A DNA stretch of 64,000 nucleotides. Source: an uncultured candidatus Porisulfidus sp. Its GTDB lineage: Bacteria > Pseudomonadota > Gammaproteobacteria > Poriferisulfidales > Oxydemutatoraceae. The stretch is from NCBI GenBank assembly GCA_965215125.1, contig OZ244052.1:1728001-1792000 (forward strand), written 5' to 3'. The notes beneath the pieces were generated by a model that saw only the letters and a program-made list of their open reading frames with translations, was not told where the DNA came from and did no database searches. Below are positions 19,861-28,740 of the stretch, one piece after another. The stretch's first letter is position 1, and each line of letters starts with the position of its first letter. Made by a program: the position numbers and the translations under genes.

Positions 19861-20963
19861 TGCTGGTATTCTGGGGTGTTGCGGCACTAACATGGCTATT
19901 GCTGTTGCTTGTTTTGTTGAAGCCGTTGCTTAAACGGCACGGTGCGAACCAACCGCATCAGCCGAGTGCCTACAAAAAGCGTCTGCTTGTCTCGGTAGCG
20001 ACGGCAGTTTTTATCGTGGTTTCCAGTGCCTCGCTTTATGTATATTGGTCAAACGGCTATTCGCTACTCATCGCCTCATCCGATAGAGAGAGCAATATGG
20101 TGGAATTGACCGAACAGCTGGCTCGGCAATTGGAACAATCTCCGGATAATCCGCAAGGCTGGTTATTACTTGCCAATTCGTACACCGCACTGGGAGAATA
20201 CGATAAAGCCGTGACTGCTTATCGGCAGGCGGAACGTTATACCGAACTCGAAGCGTGGATGCAGATCGCTTATGCAGAAGCACTGCTTGTTAGCCAAGGT
20301 TCTTTGAACGCCAAAGCCAAAGACTTGTTGGAGGTAGCCGTAGCGAGTAGCCCCGATGACCCGCAAGGTTTATTTTTGATAGGGCTTGCTCATTTAGAGC
20401 GAACAGATTATTTGCAAACTATTTCTTATTGGGAACGTTTGCTGGCATTATTGGAAGCCGACGACCCTTTAGCGAATGCGGTGGAGGAGAAGCTCGTCGA
20501 AGTCAGAACATTAGCCGCCGAAATGCCCGAGACGAGTCGCGACGAACCGCAGCAAGATACATCGGATAAACAAGCCGAAGACTCGGAGGCGAGACAATCT
20601 ACATCCGAGGAAGTGCCCTGTTTTATACGCATCGGTGTTAGCTTGGATGCCGAACTTTATTCAAAAATATCGCCACAAGACACATTATTCGTTTATGCCA
20701 AAGCAGCAACGGGGCCGCCGATGCCGCTTGCGATTAAGCAATTTACCGCGGATGCTTTGCCGTTGGAGACCTGCTTGGGACCCGAGGATGCGATGATAGA
20801 AGGTATGACCATCAATAGTTTTGATCCGATCCGGATTATTGCACGCATTTCAAAATCGGGCTTGGCAGCCCCGCAACCGGGAGATATGCAAGCCTTAAGC
20901 GAACCGTTGCCGACAAAAAATGGTAGTGTGGTCTCTTTGTCGATTGACGAGATATTGGAATAA
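19860..20963 (+). CDS. ccmI: Cytochrome c biogenesis TPR protein CcmI/CycH
   Basis: Two TMs, TPR repeats, C-terminal LFVYAKA..GPPMPLA..ARISKSG domain. Confidence 0.88.
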   Translation: MLVFWGVAALTWLLLLLVLLKPLLKRHGANQPHQPSAYKKRLLVSVATAVFIVVSSASLYVYWSNGYSLLIASSDRESNMVELTEQLARQLEQSPDNPQGWLLLANSYTALGEYDKAVTAYRQAERYTELEAWMQIAYAEALLVSQGSLNAKAKDLLEVAVASSPDDPQGLFLIGLAHLERTDYLQTISYWERLLALLEADDPLANAVEEKLVEVRTLAAEMPETSRDEPQQDTSDKQAEDSEARQSTSEEVPCFIRIGVSLDAELYSKISPQDTLFVYAKAATGPPMPLAIKQFTADALPLETCLGPEDAMIEGMTINSFDPIRIIARISKSGLAAPQPGDMQALSEPLPTKNGSVVSLSIDEILE

Positions 20964-20965
20964 CG

Positions 20966-22207
20966 GTGTCCATAGAATATCTTGTCGGCTGGCGGTATAC
21001 GCGCGGCAAAAAACATAACCATTTCATCTCTTTCGTATCGCTGATATCTATCTTGGGTATTGCCGTCGGGATTACCGTTATTATTACCGTACTCTCGGTA
21101 ATGAACGGATTCAAGGAAGAGATCAGAAATAAGATACTCGATGTGGTTTCGCATAATACCTTGAGCAGTCTGGACGGCACTATCGACGATTGGCAGGCTC
21201 TGCGTCCCGAGCTTGAAAACGAACCCGGTGTTGCTGCGACGGCACCCTTCGTCGAGATGCAAGTGATGCTGATGAAAGGCGATAGGGTCAGAGGGGCTTA
21301 TGCACGCGGGGTCGTACCCGAACTCGAGAAACAAGTATCCAATATAGAGGGTTATCTCAAAGTAGGTGAGATTGAAAGTCTGACACCGGAAGACTATCAC
21401 ATTATTTTAGGACACTCGCTCGCTTTTTCCTTGCGAGCAGAACTCGGCGATAAAATTACCTTGATTAGCCCGCAAGCGGCGGTCACCCCGGCCGGTGTAT
21501 TACCGAGAATGCGGAGCTTCGTCGTGTCGGGGATATTCGATACCGGGTTGTCGGAGTTTGACCGCGGTATCGTATTGTTAAATCTAGAGGACGCAAGCCG
21601 TCTTGCTCGCTTGGACGATAATGTCAACGGTATCCGTCTGCGATTGGACGATCTATTCAAATCCCCCGAACTCAGCAACCGTCTCAACCTGCGCTTGGGT
21701 CCGCAATATTGGGTTACCGATTGGACGCGCAACCACCGTAATTTTTTCAGAGCTCTGGAGATGGAAAAACTGTTATTGTTCCTAATCATGGCACTGATTA
21801 TCGCAGTTGCCGCATTCAATATTATCTCGATGCTGGTCATGGTGGTGATAGAGAAACAATCCGATATTGCCATCTTGAGAACGATGGGAATGCAGCCTAT
21901 TCAAGTCATGAAAGTTTTTATAACCCAAGGCTGCCTAATCGGTTTTATGGGCAACATCGCCGGTATAATCGGTGGGGTACTGCTGGCAAGCTATGTAGAA
22001 GATTTGGTGACCGCGATAGAACGCGCAACGGGGGTCAAGTTTTTGTCGCCGGATGTTTATCCGATTACCGAAGTACCGTCTAAGTTGATAGCCGAGGATG
22101 TTATCGTTGTTGCGGTGCTGACTTTTGTGATGACGGTGTTGTCTACGCTCTATCCGGCGTGGCGTGCGTCGCGCTTGAGGCCGGCGGAAGTTCTAAGAGG
22201 CGGATGA
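20966..22207 (+). CDS. Lipoprotein-releasing ABC permease (LolC/E/F family)
   Basis: FISFVSLISILGI, VLSVMNGF, AAFNII, DIAILRTMG, YPAWRA. Confidence 0.93.
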   Translation: MSIEYLVGWRYTRGKKHNHFISFVSLISILGIAVGITVIITVLSVMNGFKEEIRNKILDVVSHNTLSSLDGTIDDWQALRPELENEPGVAATAPFVEMQVMLMKGDRVRGAYARGVVPELEKQVSNIEGYLKVGEIESLTPEDYHIILGHSLAFSLRAELGDKITLISPQAAVTPAGVLPRMRSFVVSGIFDTGLSEFDRGIVLLNLEDASRLARLDDNVNGIRLRLDDLFKSPELSNRLNLRLGPQYWVTDWTRNHRNFFRALEMEKLLLFLIMALIIAVAAFNIISMLVMVVIEKQSDIAILRTMGMQPIQVMKVFITQGCLIGFMGNIAGIIGGVLLASYVEDLVTAIERATGVKFLSPDVYPITEVPSKLIAEDVIVVAVLTFVMTVLSTLYPAWRASRLRPAEVLRGG

Positions 22208-22896
22208 CGATGAACTCGTTGCTGGAATGTCGGGCGATCACCCGGTATTACGACGATGGCGTGTCGCGTACCGAAGTCCTGAAGGGATTGGATTTAGAAG
22301 TGATGCCGGGTAGTACGCTGGCAATCGTCGGTGTATCGGGTTCCGGTAAAAGTACTCTATTGCATCTATTGGGTGGTTTAGACACGCCGAACGAAGGCGA
22401 TATCACGATTCAAGGACAACGCATCAACACGATGTCGGAGACCGAGCGTAGCCGTTTCAGAAATCGGCATATCGGCTTTATCTATCAGTTTCATCATCTA
22501 CTGGGCGACTTTAATGTGTTGGAAAATGTGGTGATGCCGTTGCTGTTGCGGGGACAATCTTTTGCTAAAGTCGAAAGCCTAGGCGAGCAACTACTTGCCA
22601 AGACCGGTCTCAAAGAACGGGCAAAACACAAACCGTACCAATTATCCGGCGGGGAACGTCAACGGGTTGCTATCTGCAGGGCGATGATAACCCAACCGAG
22701 CATTATTTTGGCGGACGAACCGACCGGGCAGTTGGATAGAAATAGTGCCGAAGCCGTCACTACAGAACTACTCAACTTGAGTGCCGATAACCGAACCGCA
22801 CTGATATTTGCCACCCACGATCAAGATTTGGTGAGTCGCTTACCTGAAGTGTATAGAATTGACGGTGGACTATTGAACCGCCGATTGAACCAGTAG
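22204..22896 (+). CDS. lolD: Lipoprotein-releasing ABC ATPase LolD
   Basis: GVSGSGKST, GFIYQFHHLL (LolD motif), LSGGE, ADEPTG. Confidence 0.93.
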   Translation: MTMNSLLECRAITRYYDDGVSRTEVLKGLDLEVMPGSTLAIVGVSGSGKSTLLHLLGGLDTPNEGDITIQGQRINTMSETERSRFRNRHIGFIYQFHHLLGDFNVLENVVMPLLLRGQSFAKVESLGEQLLAKTGLKERAKHKPYQLSGGERQRVAICRAMITQPSIILADEPTGQLDRNSAEAVTTELLNLSADNRTALIFATHDQDLVSRLPEVYRIDGGLLNRRLNQ

Positions 22897-22913
22897 ATCA
22901 ATCGGTGGTTCTA
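22875..22913. terminator. Palindromic module-B hairpin between the convergent lolD and tonB genes; likely bidirectional terminator
   Basis: GAACCGCCGATTGA-ACCAGTAGA-TCAATCGGTGGTTC spans both stop codons. Confidence 0.6.
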
Positions 22914-23516
22914 TCGGTCGCGTAGTTCAAACTTAATATGTGCGCTTGATTTGCTTTTGTTGCCAGGCGGATAACGCCATTGAGAGATTGCCGTCAAGGC
23001 GGTTTTTTCAAATATCCGAGGCGGGTCGGATGCGATAACCTTTGGGTTGACGACTTTTCCGTTCATGGTTATTGCAAACTCTATGCTAACCCATCCTTCT
23101 ATACCTCGCGTGATTGCATACATCGGATAGATCGGCTCCACTCTAAATATCGGTTGCAGGTTGATTACGCTAGGGTCTCGGTTCGCCGAAGTATGTCTGG
23201 TGATAGAGAGCGGTTCGGGTTCCGGTGATGTCTCGGTCTTATGCTTTTCGTCTGTCGGTGCCGATTTGTCTCTCTGTTCTTTATAGGTATCGTTGTTAAG
23301 CGATTGCGTCGGAACCGGCACGGAAGGAGCAGCACTAGGGGTCTGTTTATATTCATTTTTATAAATAGGCAAGAAATTTACTGATACGGCGGGGCGATGA
23401 TTTGAGGGATTGTTATAGCGCAATGTTCCTATAAGTTGCCCGACTGCGGCGAACAGCGCATAGCTAATCAGCGATGCTATCGTCAATGCGATAAGCCAGC
23501 GTAGTATTTTATTCAT
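22911..23516 (-). CDS. tonB: Energy transducer TonB
   Basis: N-terminal TM, Pro-rich linker, RVEPIYP..GIEGWV.IEF..W.Y.P C-terminal domain. Confidence 0.88.
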   Translation of the reverse strand: MNKILRWLIALTIASLISYALFAAVGQLIGTLRYNNPSNHRPAVSVNFLPIYKNEYKQTPSAAPSVPVPTQSLNNDTYKEQRDKSAPTDEKHKTETSPEPEPLSITRHTSANRDPSVINLQPIFRVEPIYPMYAITRGIEGWVSIEFAITMNGKVVNPKVIASDPPRIFEKTALTAISQWRYPPGNKSKSSAHIKFELRDR

Positions 23517-23928
23517 CCAACTCGGCGGCAATCGCAATATTTTCTATTCCGGCACGATGAACTTGATCCAGTACTTTCACCAAGCTCGCATTGTCGGAGG
23601 CTTTGTCGGCAAGTATGACGACTGCGCGTTGCGGATTTTCAAGGTGCATTTTTCGTAGCACACCTTGTAATGTTCTAATGTCCATCGCTTGGGTTTTAAT
23701 CCGAATCTCGCCGTAGCGATCGATGCTTATCCGAATAGGATTATCTTCTTGTGGCACTGCCGATTTTGCCTGCAACAGTGAGACTTCAATGCCGGTTTCC
23801 TGAACGAACGAGGCGGTAATGATAAAGAAGATTAAAAGTATGAAAACCACATCCAACATCGGCGTCAAATTGATCTCAACCTCGGCGGATGCAGGTCTAT
23901 AGGCTTTGTTTAGGCGACTCCTAATCAT
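23509..23928 (-). CDS. exbD: Biopolymer transport protein ExbD
   Basis: EINLTPMLDVVFILLIFF motif. Confidence 0.92.
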   Translation of the reverse strand: MIRSRLNKAYRPASAEVEINLTPMLDVVFILLIFFIITASFVQETGIEVSLLQAKSAVPQEDNPIRISIDRYGEIRIKTQAMDIRTLQGVLRKMHLENPQRAVVILADKASDNASLVKVLDQVHRAGIENIAIAAELDE

Positions 23929-23932
23929 GGCA

Positions 23933-24451
23933 TCAGATAAATAGGCTGTCCAGACGGGAGATAGCATTGTCCGCTAGACTTCTCAGGTGGCTTGCAAAAA
24001 GCAGTCCCGATAAGCTCACTAAAAGCCCCGTTGTCGTCGGGATGATTGCCAATGCGATGTTACCCGATATTTCTAAGTTCAAATTGGACGCAGCAAGCAG
24101 TTGCATCTCAAACACCGAGATCAAACCGAGTACCGTACCCAATAGTCCGAGTAGTAGGCTTATTCTGGTGAACAACCGTATCCACCCGATGCCTCGCTCG
24201 CTTTGCGAGCGGTATTCCGATAGGTAATAGGATTTGAGTAGCCACCGTTCGCCGACGACCCTGCTACCTGTTATTTGCCATTTTTGTAGGTATCGCGCCT
24301 GTGTATGCTTGTTGACGAAGATGAAATATAAATAACGCTCTATAATCAGCACCCACATGATCAACGCCGAGATTATCAGAACGATGAGTACCTCGGCACG
24401 AATCACCTGGAGTTCGTAAAACGGACTGTAGACAAGGTTCAACCAATGCAT
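23933..24451 (-). CDS. exbB: ExbB/TolQ/MotA proton channel protein (short form)
   Basis: LLGLLGTVxGxI and ALxxTxxGL motifs; position in the operon. Confidence 0.82.
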   Translation of the reverse strand: MHWLNLVYSPFYELQVIRAEVLIVLIISALIMWVLIIERYLYFIFVNKHTQARYLQKWQITGSRVVGERWLLKSYYLSEYRSQSERGIGWIRLFTRISLLLGLLGTVLGLISVFEMQLLAASNLNLEISGNIALAIIPTTTGLLVSLSGLLFASHLRSLADNAISRLDSLFI

Positions 24452-24453
24452 TG

Positions 24454-26307
24454 TCAAGTTATCCTATTTGCGTGTTGTATTAAAAGCCCCGCACTTTGGT
24501 GTTCCAGTATGTTGCGTATCTCTTTGTTGTACGACATCGCCCAGGTATAGAGCAATAGTAGCGGGATTGCAACATATAGACCCAGCAGGGTAGTCACCAA
24601 CGCTTGGCTGATACCTTGTGCCATGATTTTAGGATCGTTGGTGCCGAATAAACTAATCGCTTGGAAGGTTTCTATCATACCGAGTACGGTGCCCAATAAA
24701 CCCAGCAACGGGGCTGCGATGATCAGCACCTTGATTGTACTGAAGCCCCATTCCAGCAGTGGTGTTTCTCTCAGCACCGCTTGCTCGATCCGCCATTCTG
24801 CCTCTTCCGCATTGCTACTTAGATCGGCGATACTCAAGATTCGTCCGAGTGGATTGCCGGAGTCGTATTCGGTAGCATATCTCTGTTTTTCTACCGAGCG
24901 TAGGCATTGCCGTAAAAGAACGATTTTGTACACCACCAATAGGATGCCGTATATGCCCAGTACCGATATAAGATATGCGACCCACCCCCCTTGCCATACA
25001 CGATCCATCACGCTCAGAGAGGCATCCAGAGTTGTCAACACCGCACCTTGTGATAGATCTACCGGTGCTCTTAGGAAGCCGACATCCAGATCGGCTTTGC
25101 TAATGCCGTCGGCAATCAACAATAAGAACGGGCTAGGGGATTTGGCTAGCACGACGGGGCGATTGACAGCTGCGGCGTAGCTTAGAAGTTCACCGTCGTA
25201 TAGCAAGTTGAAAGGTCCTATGTGGACGATTTCTCGCATAGTGGATGTGCCGTCTTCCAGTATTATTTCGGTGTCGAAGAAACTCGTTTGCGCTTGTAGC
25301 TTATAAAGTTCTATGAATAACGCTTGCAAGGTTTCAATGTGGGCTATGTCGACGATTTGATCGTTTTGCAATAGCGGATTCAGGTTGTTGCGATAGTCGG
25401 GCAGTAACAAGGGTATGAAAGATCCGGCGATCATTGTTTGTAGTTCCTCGGCAGTATTGCGGACGATCGCAATTAGTTCTTTTGCTTGCCCCAGCCTCCG
25501 ATAATACGCAGATTGCAGTTCGGAGACTTGTTGCTTTTTGTCTTCGAGCAGTGTCTCTAAAGCTGTTATTTCTGTAGGTGTTTGCTGCGTCTGTGCAGGT
25601 ATCGTCGTGCCTTCCGAGGTCTGTTCTACGGGAGGAATGTTGCGTGCGGCAGGCTGTGTCAACTGGACGGGCAGTAATAAAATCCCCGGTGCCACACCTT
25701 TGTGCGCAACATTAAAAGCCTGCTCGATCGGATAGCGGTACCTGTTGTTTAACGCATGCCAATCGGAGGTGTGTCGGTTCCAAGCACCCACTTGCCGACC
25801 GTCCAAACTTTTATAGATCAAGATATTTCTACCGATGTGCATGAAATCGACGACTAGGTCCTCTTCATCGAGTTTTCCTCTATAGCTTTCAAAAGAGAAG
25901 CCGTATTCGGCTTCAATGCGGTAAGCCTCTAGTATGCGGCGTATCTTTTCTGTTGTATCTAAATCGGATGAAGTCATCATGTTGCGCAAACCCTTGATGC
26001 GTAGGCTGCGTTCCGAGTGGAGAAAGGGTAGGTCTAGCTCAATCCATGCTTGCAATTCGGCTATCAGTTGTTCGGCTAAAATCAAGAGATCGGAGTCCGT
26101 TATCTTCGGTTTGTCCAGTTGTTTTTTATAAATCCCGATGGCGTTATTCTGCTCGGATATCACTTGTTGCAGTTGTTCCGCATAAACCTCCGAGGATTGC
26201 GGCTGCGCCTCTACAGAGGTGTAGCTTTCGTTTGCCGACAGCAAAGAAAGCGATGTCCGGCATATCAGGAAGACGGCAATTAATGGTTTTATCAATACGA
26301 ACTTCAT
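24454..26307 (-). CDS. Fused DUF3450 (TtpB-like) + long ExbB/TolQ (TtpC-like) protein
   Basis: N-half has LDLPFLxxERxxR..EKIRRILEAYxIExEYG; C-half has NPLGRIL, APLLGLLGTVLGMIETFQ, GISQALVTT. The ORF-track extension to 26379 overlaps the tRNA. Confidence 0.8.
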   Translation of the reverse strand: MKFVLIKPLIAVFLICRTSLSLLSANESYTSVEAQPQSSEVYAEQLQQVISEQNNAIGIYKKQLDKPKITDSDLLILAEQLIAELQAWIELDLPFLHSERSLRIKGLRNMMTSSDLDTTEKIRRILEAYRIEAEYGFSFESYRGKLDEEDLVVDFMHIGRNILIYKSLDGRQVGAWNRHTSDWHALNNRYRYPIEQAFNVAHKGVAPGILLLPVQLTQPAARNIPPVEQTSEGTTIPAQTQQTPTEITALETLLEDKKQQVSELQSAYYRRLGQAKELIAIVRNTAEELQTMIAGSFIPLLLPDYRNNLNPLLQNDQIVDIAHIETLQALFIELYKLQAQTSFFDTEIILEDGTSTMREIVHIGPFNLLYDGELLSYAAAVNRPVVLAKSPSPFLLLIADGISKADLDVGFLRAPVDLSQGAVLTTLDASLSVMDRVWQGGWVAYLISVLGIYGILLVVYKIVLLRQCLRSVEKQRYATEYDSGNPLGRILSIADLSSNAEEAEWRIEQAVLRETPLLEWGFSTIKVLIIAAPLLGLLGTVLGMIETFQAISLFGTNDPKIMAQGISQALVTTLLGLYVAIPLLLLYTWAMSYNKEIRNILEHQSAGLLIQHANRIT

Positions 26308-26317
26308 GGTTTTAAGG

Positions 26318-26394
26318 TGGCGCGCCCGAAAGGATTCGAACCTCCGACCCCCTGGTTCGTAGCCAGGTACTCTATCCAACTGAGCTACGGGCGC
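26318..26394 (-). tRNA. tRNA-Arg(ACG)
   Basis: GCGCCCGTAGCTCAGTTGGATAGAG..CTACGAA..GGTTCGAATCC..GCGCGCCA; 77 nt with encoded CCA. Confidence 0.97.
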
Positions 26395-26427
26395 ACGTAC
26401 GGTTGACTAATATAACACATAGGGCGG

Positions 26428-26556
26428 CATTCCTCTTCTTGTAGGGGCGGGCTTGCATGTCTGCCCGAAAGGGTGCAGGCGTTAGCCTGACGGGATGGTC
26501 GCCGGGGTTCCGCACAAGGTACAGTGTTGGTACATTCCCCTCCTTCGGAGGGGAAT
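26428..26556. repeat. Mosaic repeat: module D split by a GTAG-type REP (module C), plus a free ATTCCCCTCC-TTC-GGAGGGGAAT hairpin
   Basis: Direct comparison with copies at 7141-7174, 31489-31513, 37802-37824, 46183-46207 and 63484-63514. Confidence 0.75.
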
Positions 26557-26602
26557 TAGTTGCATTTGCTCTATTGGGCGAGCAATGGTACTCTATGCAG
26601 TG

Positions 26603-27208
26603 ATGTTTAGCGGAATTATAGAGGCGGTTGCCAAGTTATCGGTAAGCGATGTATCACGAAGCCCACGCCGTCTTTGTTTTGAAACCCAATTCGATGCGAG
26701 CCGGCAGCTTTCAATCGGTGCGAGTATTGCGGTGGACGGCGTGTGCTTGACGGTAGTGGAGTTCGACTCGCATTACTTTTGCGTTGAAGCGTCCGACGAG
26801 ACTTTATCGTGTACCACATTGAAAGAATTGAACATAGGGGATCGGGTTAATGTGGAATCGGCACTGGCGGTGTCGGACCGTTTTGACGGTCATTTGGTCA
26901 GTGGTCATGTCGACGGGGTCGGCACCATATCGGAGATCAAAACCGAAAATCAAACCCGATGGTTGCAAATAGAACCCCCCGAGCATTTGATGAAATACAT
27001 CGCACTCAAAGGTTCGGTATGTGTCAACGGCACGAGCTTGGTATCGCACAAAGTTTCGGACTCTAATTTTCATGTTAATCTTATTCCTCATACTTTGCAG
27101 ATGACAAGTTTTGCGGATAAGAAAGTCGGCGATTGTGTCAATGTAGAGGTGGACTTGGTTGCCCGTTATATTGAACGCTTATTGAAGATGCAAAGCGATC
27201 ATGGTTAA
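26603..27208 (+). CDS. ribE: Riboflavin synthase (alpha chain)
   Basis: MFSGIIE start, SIAVDGVCLTV, GHLVSGHVDG, VNVEVD. Confidence 0.95.
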   Translation: MFSGIIEAVAKLSVSDVSRSPRRLCFETQFDASRQLSIGASIAVDGVCLTVVEFDSHYFCVEASDETLSCTTLKELNIGDRVNVESALAVSDRFDGHLVSGHVDGVGTISEIKTENQTRWLQIEPPEHLMKYIALKGSVCVNGTSLVSHKVSDSNFHVNLIPHTLQMTSFADKKVGDCVNVEVDLVARYIERLLKMQSDHG

Positions 27209-27539
27209 AAAAAGCAGATCTAAGCAAAATCACAGTATCACATTGCGCGTAATCGGCATTGGATTATTTATGGTTCTTTTATCTTTGCTTGTCTCGTTGT
27301 TCGGTGAACGCGGTGTATTGGAACTTTGGGAACTAAAGCGCGCCAATGCGCTTGAGGCAGCTAACAACGAGGTATTGAGAGAACGTAACCAAAGGCTGAT
27401 GAGCGAGATTGCCGATTTGAAACACGGCGGTAGCGTTCTCGAAGAACTGGCTCGTGAAGATTTAGGTATGATTAAGCCCGGTGAGACCTTTTTCAAAGTC
27501 ATAGAAAAGCAAGGTACGGCAGAGGATACACCGCAGTGA
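27201..27539 (+). CDS. ftsB: Cell division protein FtsB
   Basis: One TM, coiled coil, EELAREDLGMIKPGETFF; upstream of ispD. Confidence 0.88.
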   Translation: MVKKSRSKQNHSITLRVIGIGLFMVLLSLLVSLFGERGVLELWELKRANALEAANNEVLRERNQRLMSEIADLKHGGSVLEELAREDLGMIKPGETFFKVIEKQGTAEDTPQ

Positions 27540-28243
27540 CGAGGTGTTGGGGCATCGTGCCGGCGGCCGGTATGGGGCAGCGTATGAATGTCAACCGGCC
27601 CAAGCAATATATAAAGGTGGCAGGCAAACATATCATAGAACATAGCCTTGCACCATTGCTACGATGCACTTGGGTCGATACGATAGTTGTTGCACTCGGC
27701 AAAGACGATAGCTATTGGCAGCACACATCTATTTCAAATGATCCGCACATAGCGGTGTGTTGCGGTGGGCCGAGCCGTGCGCAATCGGTGCGCAACGCAC
27801 TGGCGCAATTAAAAGCCGATGCAAAAGACTGGGTCGTTGTTCACGATGCGGTAAGACCTTGTCTTAAAACCGAAGCCTTGGAACAATTTATCAAATCTAC
27901 TTGGGAAAATCCTGTCGGTGCGATATTGGCAATTGCTATCAGCGACTCAATCAAACGTGTGCAACGCACCGCAGATCACAATGGCTTACGCGTCGTTGAC
28001 ACCTTGAATCGAGACGATTTATGGGTGCGCGCCGCAACGCCGCAAATGTTTCGTTATCGCTTGCTATGCGACGCTTTGGATAAAGCACTTAACGACGGTA
28101 TCGGCATAGACGACGAAGCCGTTGCCATGCAGCATACAAAGCACGAGGTGCGTGTGGTATTGGGCGATGCGCAAAACATTAAAATTACCTATCCTGCCGA
28201 TTTAGAAAACGCTCGGCGATGGTTGGGTGACACACAACGATGA
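27536..28243 (+). CDS. ispD: MEP cytidylyltransferase IspD
   Basis: PAAGMGQRM..PKQY, VHDAVRP, NIKITYPADL. Confidence 0.95.
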   Translation: MTRCWGIVPAAGMGQRMNVNRPKQYIKVAGKHIIEHSLAPLLRCTWVDTIVVALGKDDSYWQHTSISNDPHIAVCCGGPSRAQSVRNALAQLKADAKDWVVVHDAVRPCLKTEALEQFIKSTWENPVGAILAIAISDSIKRVQRTADHNGLRVVDTLNRDDLWVRAATPQMFRYRLLCDALDKALNDGIGIDDEAVAMQHTKHEVRVVLGDAQNIKITYPADLENARRWLGDTQR

Positions 28244-28740
28244 AAGCCGGCATAAGAATAGGTAGCGGTTTTGATGTACATGCTTTTTGCGAGGGTGATC
28301 ATTTGTATATCGGCGGCCTTAAAATTCCTTATCAATACGGTTTGAAAGCGCACTCCGACGGCGATGTATTATTACACGCACTTTGCGACGCTTTACTCGG
28401 GGCTGCCGCCCTAGGCGATATCGGTGGTCACTTCCCCGACGACGACGACCGTTTCAAGGATATCGATAGCAAACATTTGCTAAAACAAGTGTGCCTGATG
28501 GTGGCGGACAAAGGCTATAAAATCGTCAATGTTGATGCGACGGTGATTGCACAAGCACCTAAATTATCGCCGTTCGTCGTAAAAATTAGACAATCCGTCG
28601 CCGAGCTGCTCAATGTCCCCGAGGCGTGTGTCAATATCAAGGCAACGACTACCGAGGCTTTGGGTTTTATCGGTCGTCGAGAAGGAGTTGCCGCACACGG
28701 CATCGTATTAATCGAAAAACATGAGTCACCAAAAGCATAA
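28240..28740 (+). CDS. ispF: MEcPP synthase IspF
   Basis: RIGSGFDVH, HSDGDV, GDIG.HFPD, KATTTE. Confidence 0.96.
   Translation: MKAGIRIGSGFDVHAFCEGDHLYIGGLKIPYQYGLKAHSDGDVLLHALCDALLGAAALGDIGGHFPDDDDRFKDIDSKHLLKQVCLMVADKGYKIVNVDATVIAQAPKLSPFVVKIRQSVAELLNVPEACVNIKATTTEALGFIGRREGVAAHGIVLIEKHESPKA

Noticed and set aside
26308-26379. N-terminal extensions in the ORF track (TtpBC to 26379; also fccB to 8577, Mo enzyme to 49762, ALDH to 55602, ribE from 26495)
   Set aside because: They overlap a tRNA, repeats or neighbouring genes; downstream ATGs with SD sequences or family-typical N-termini fit better.
26400-26602. FMN riboswitch upstream of riboflavin synthase
   Set aside because: No RFN signature is visible; the hairpins are explained by repeat modules C and D.
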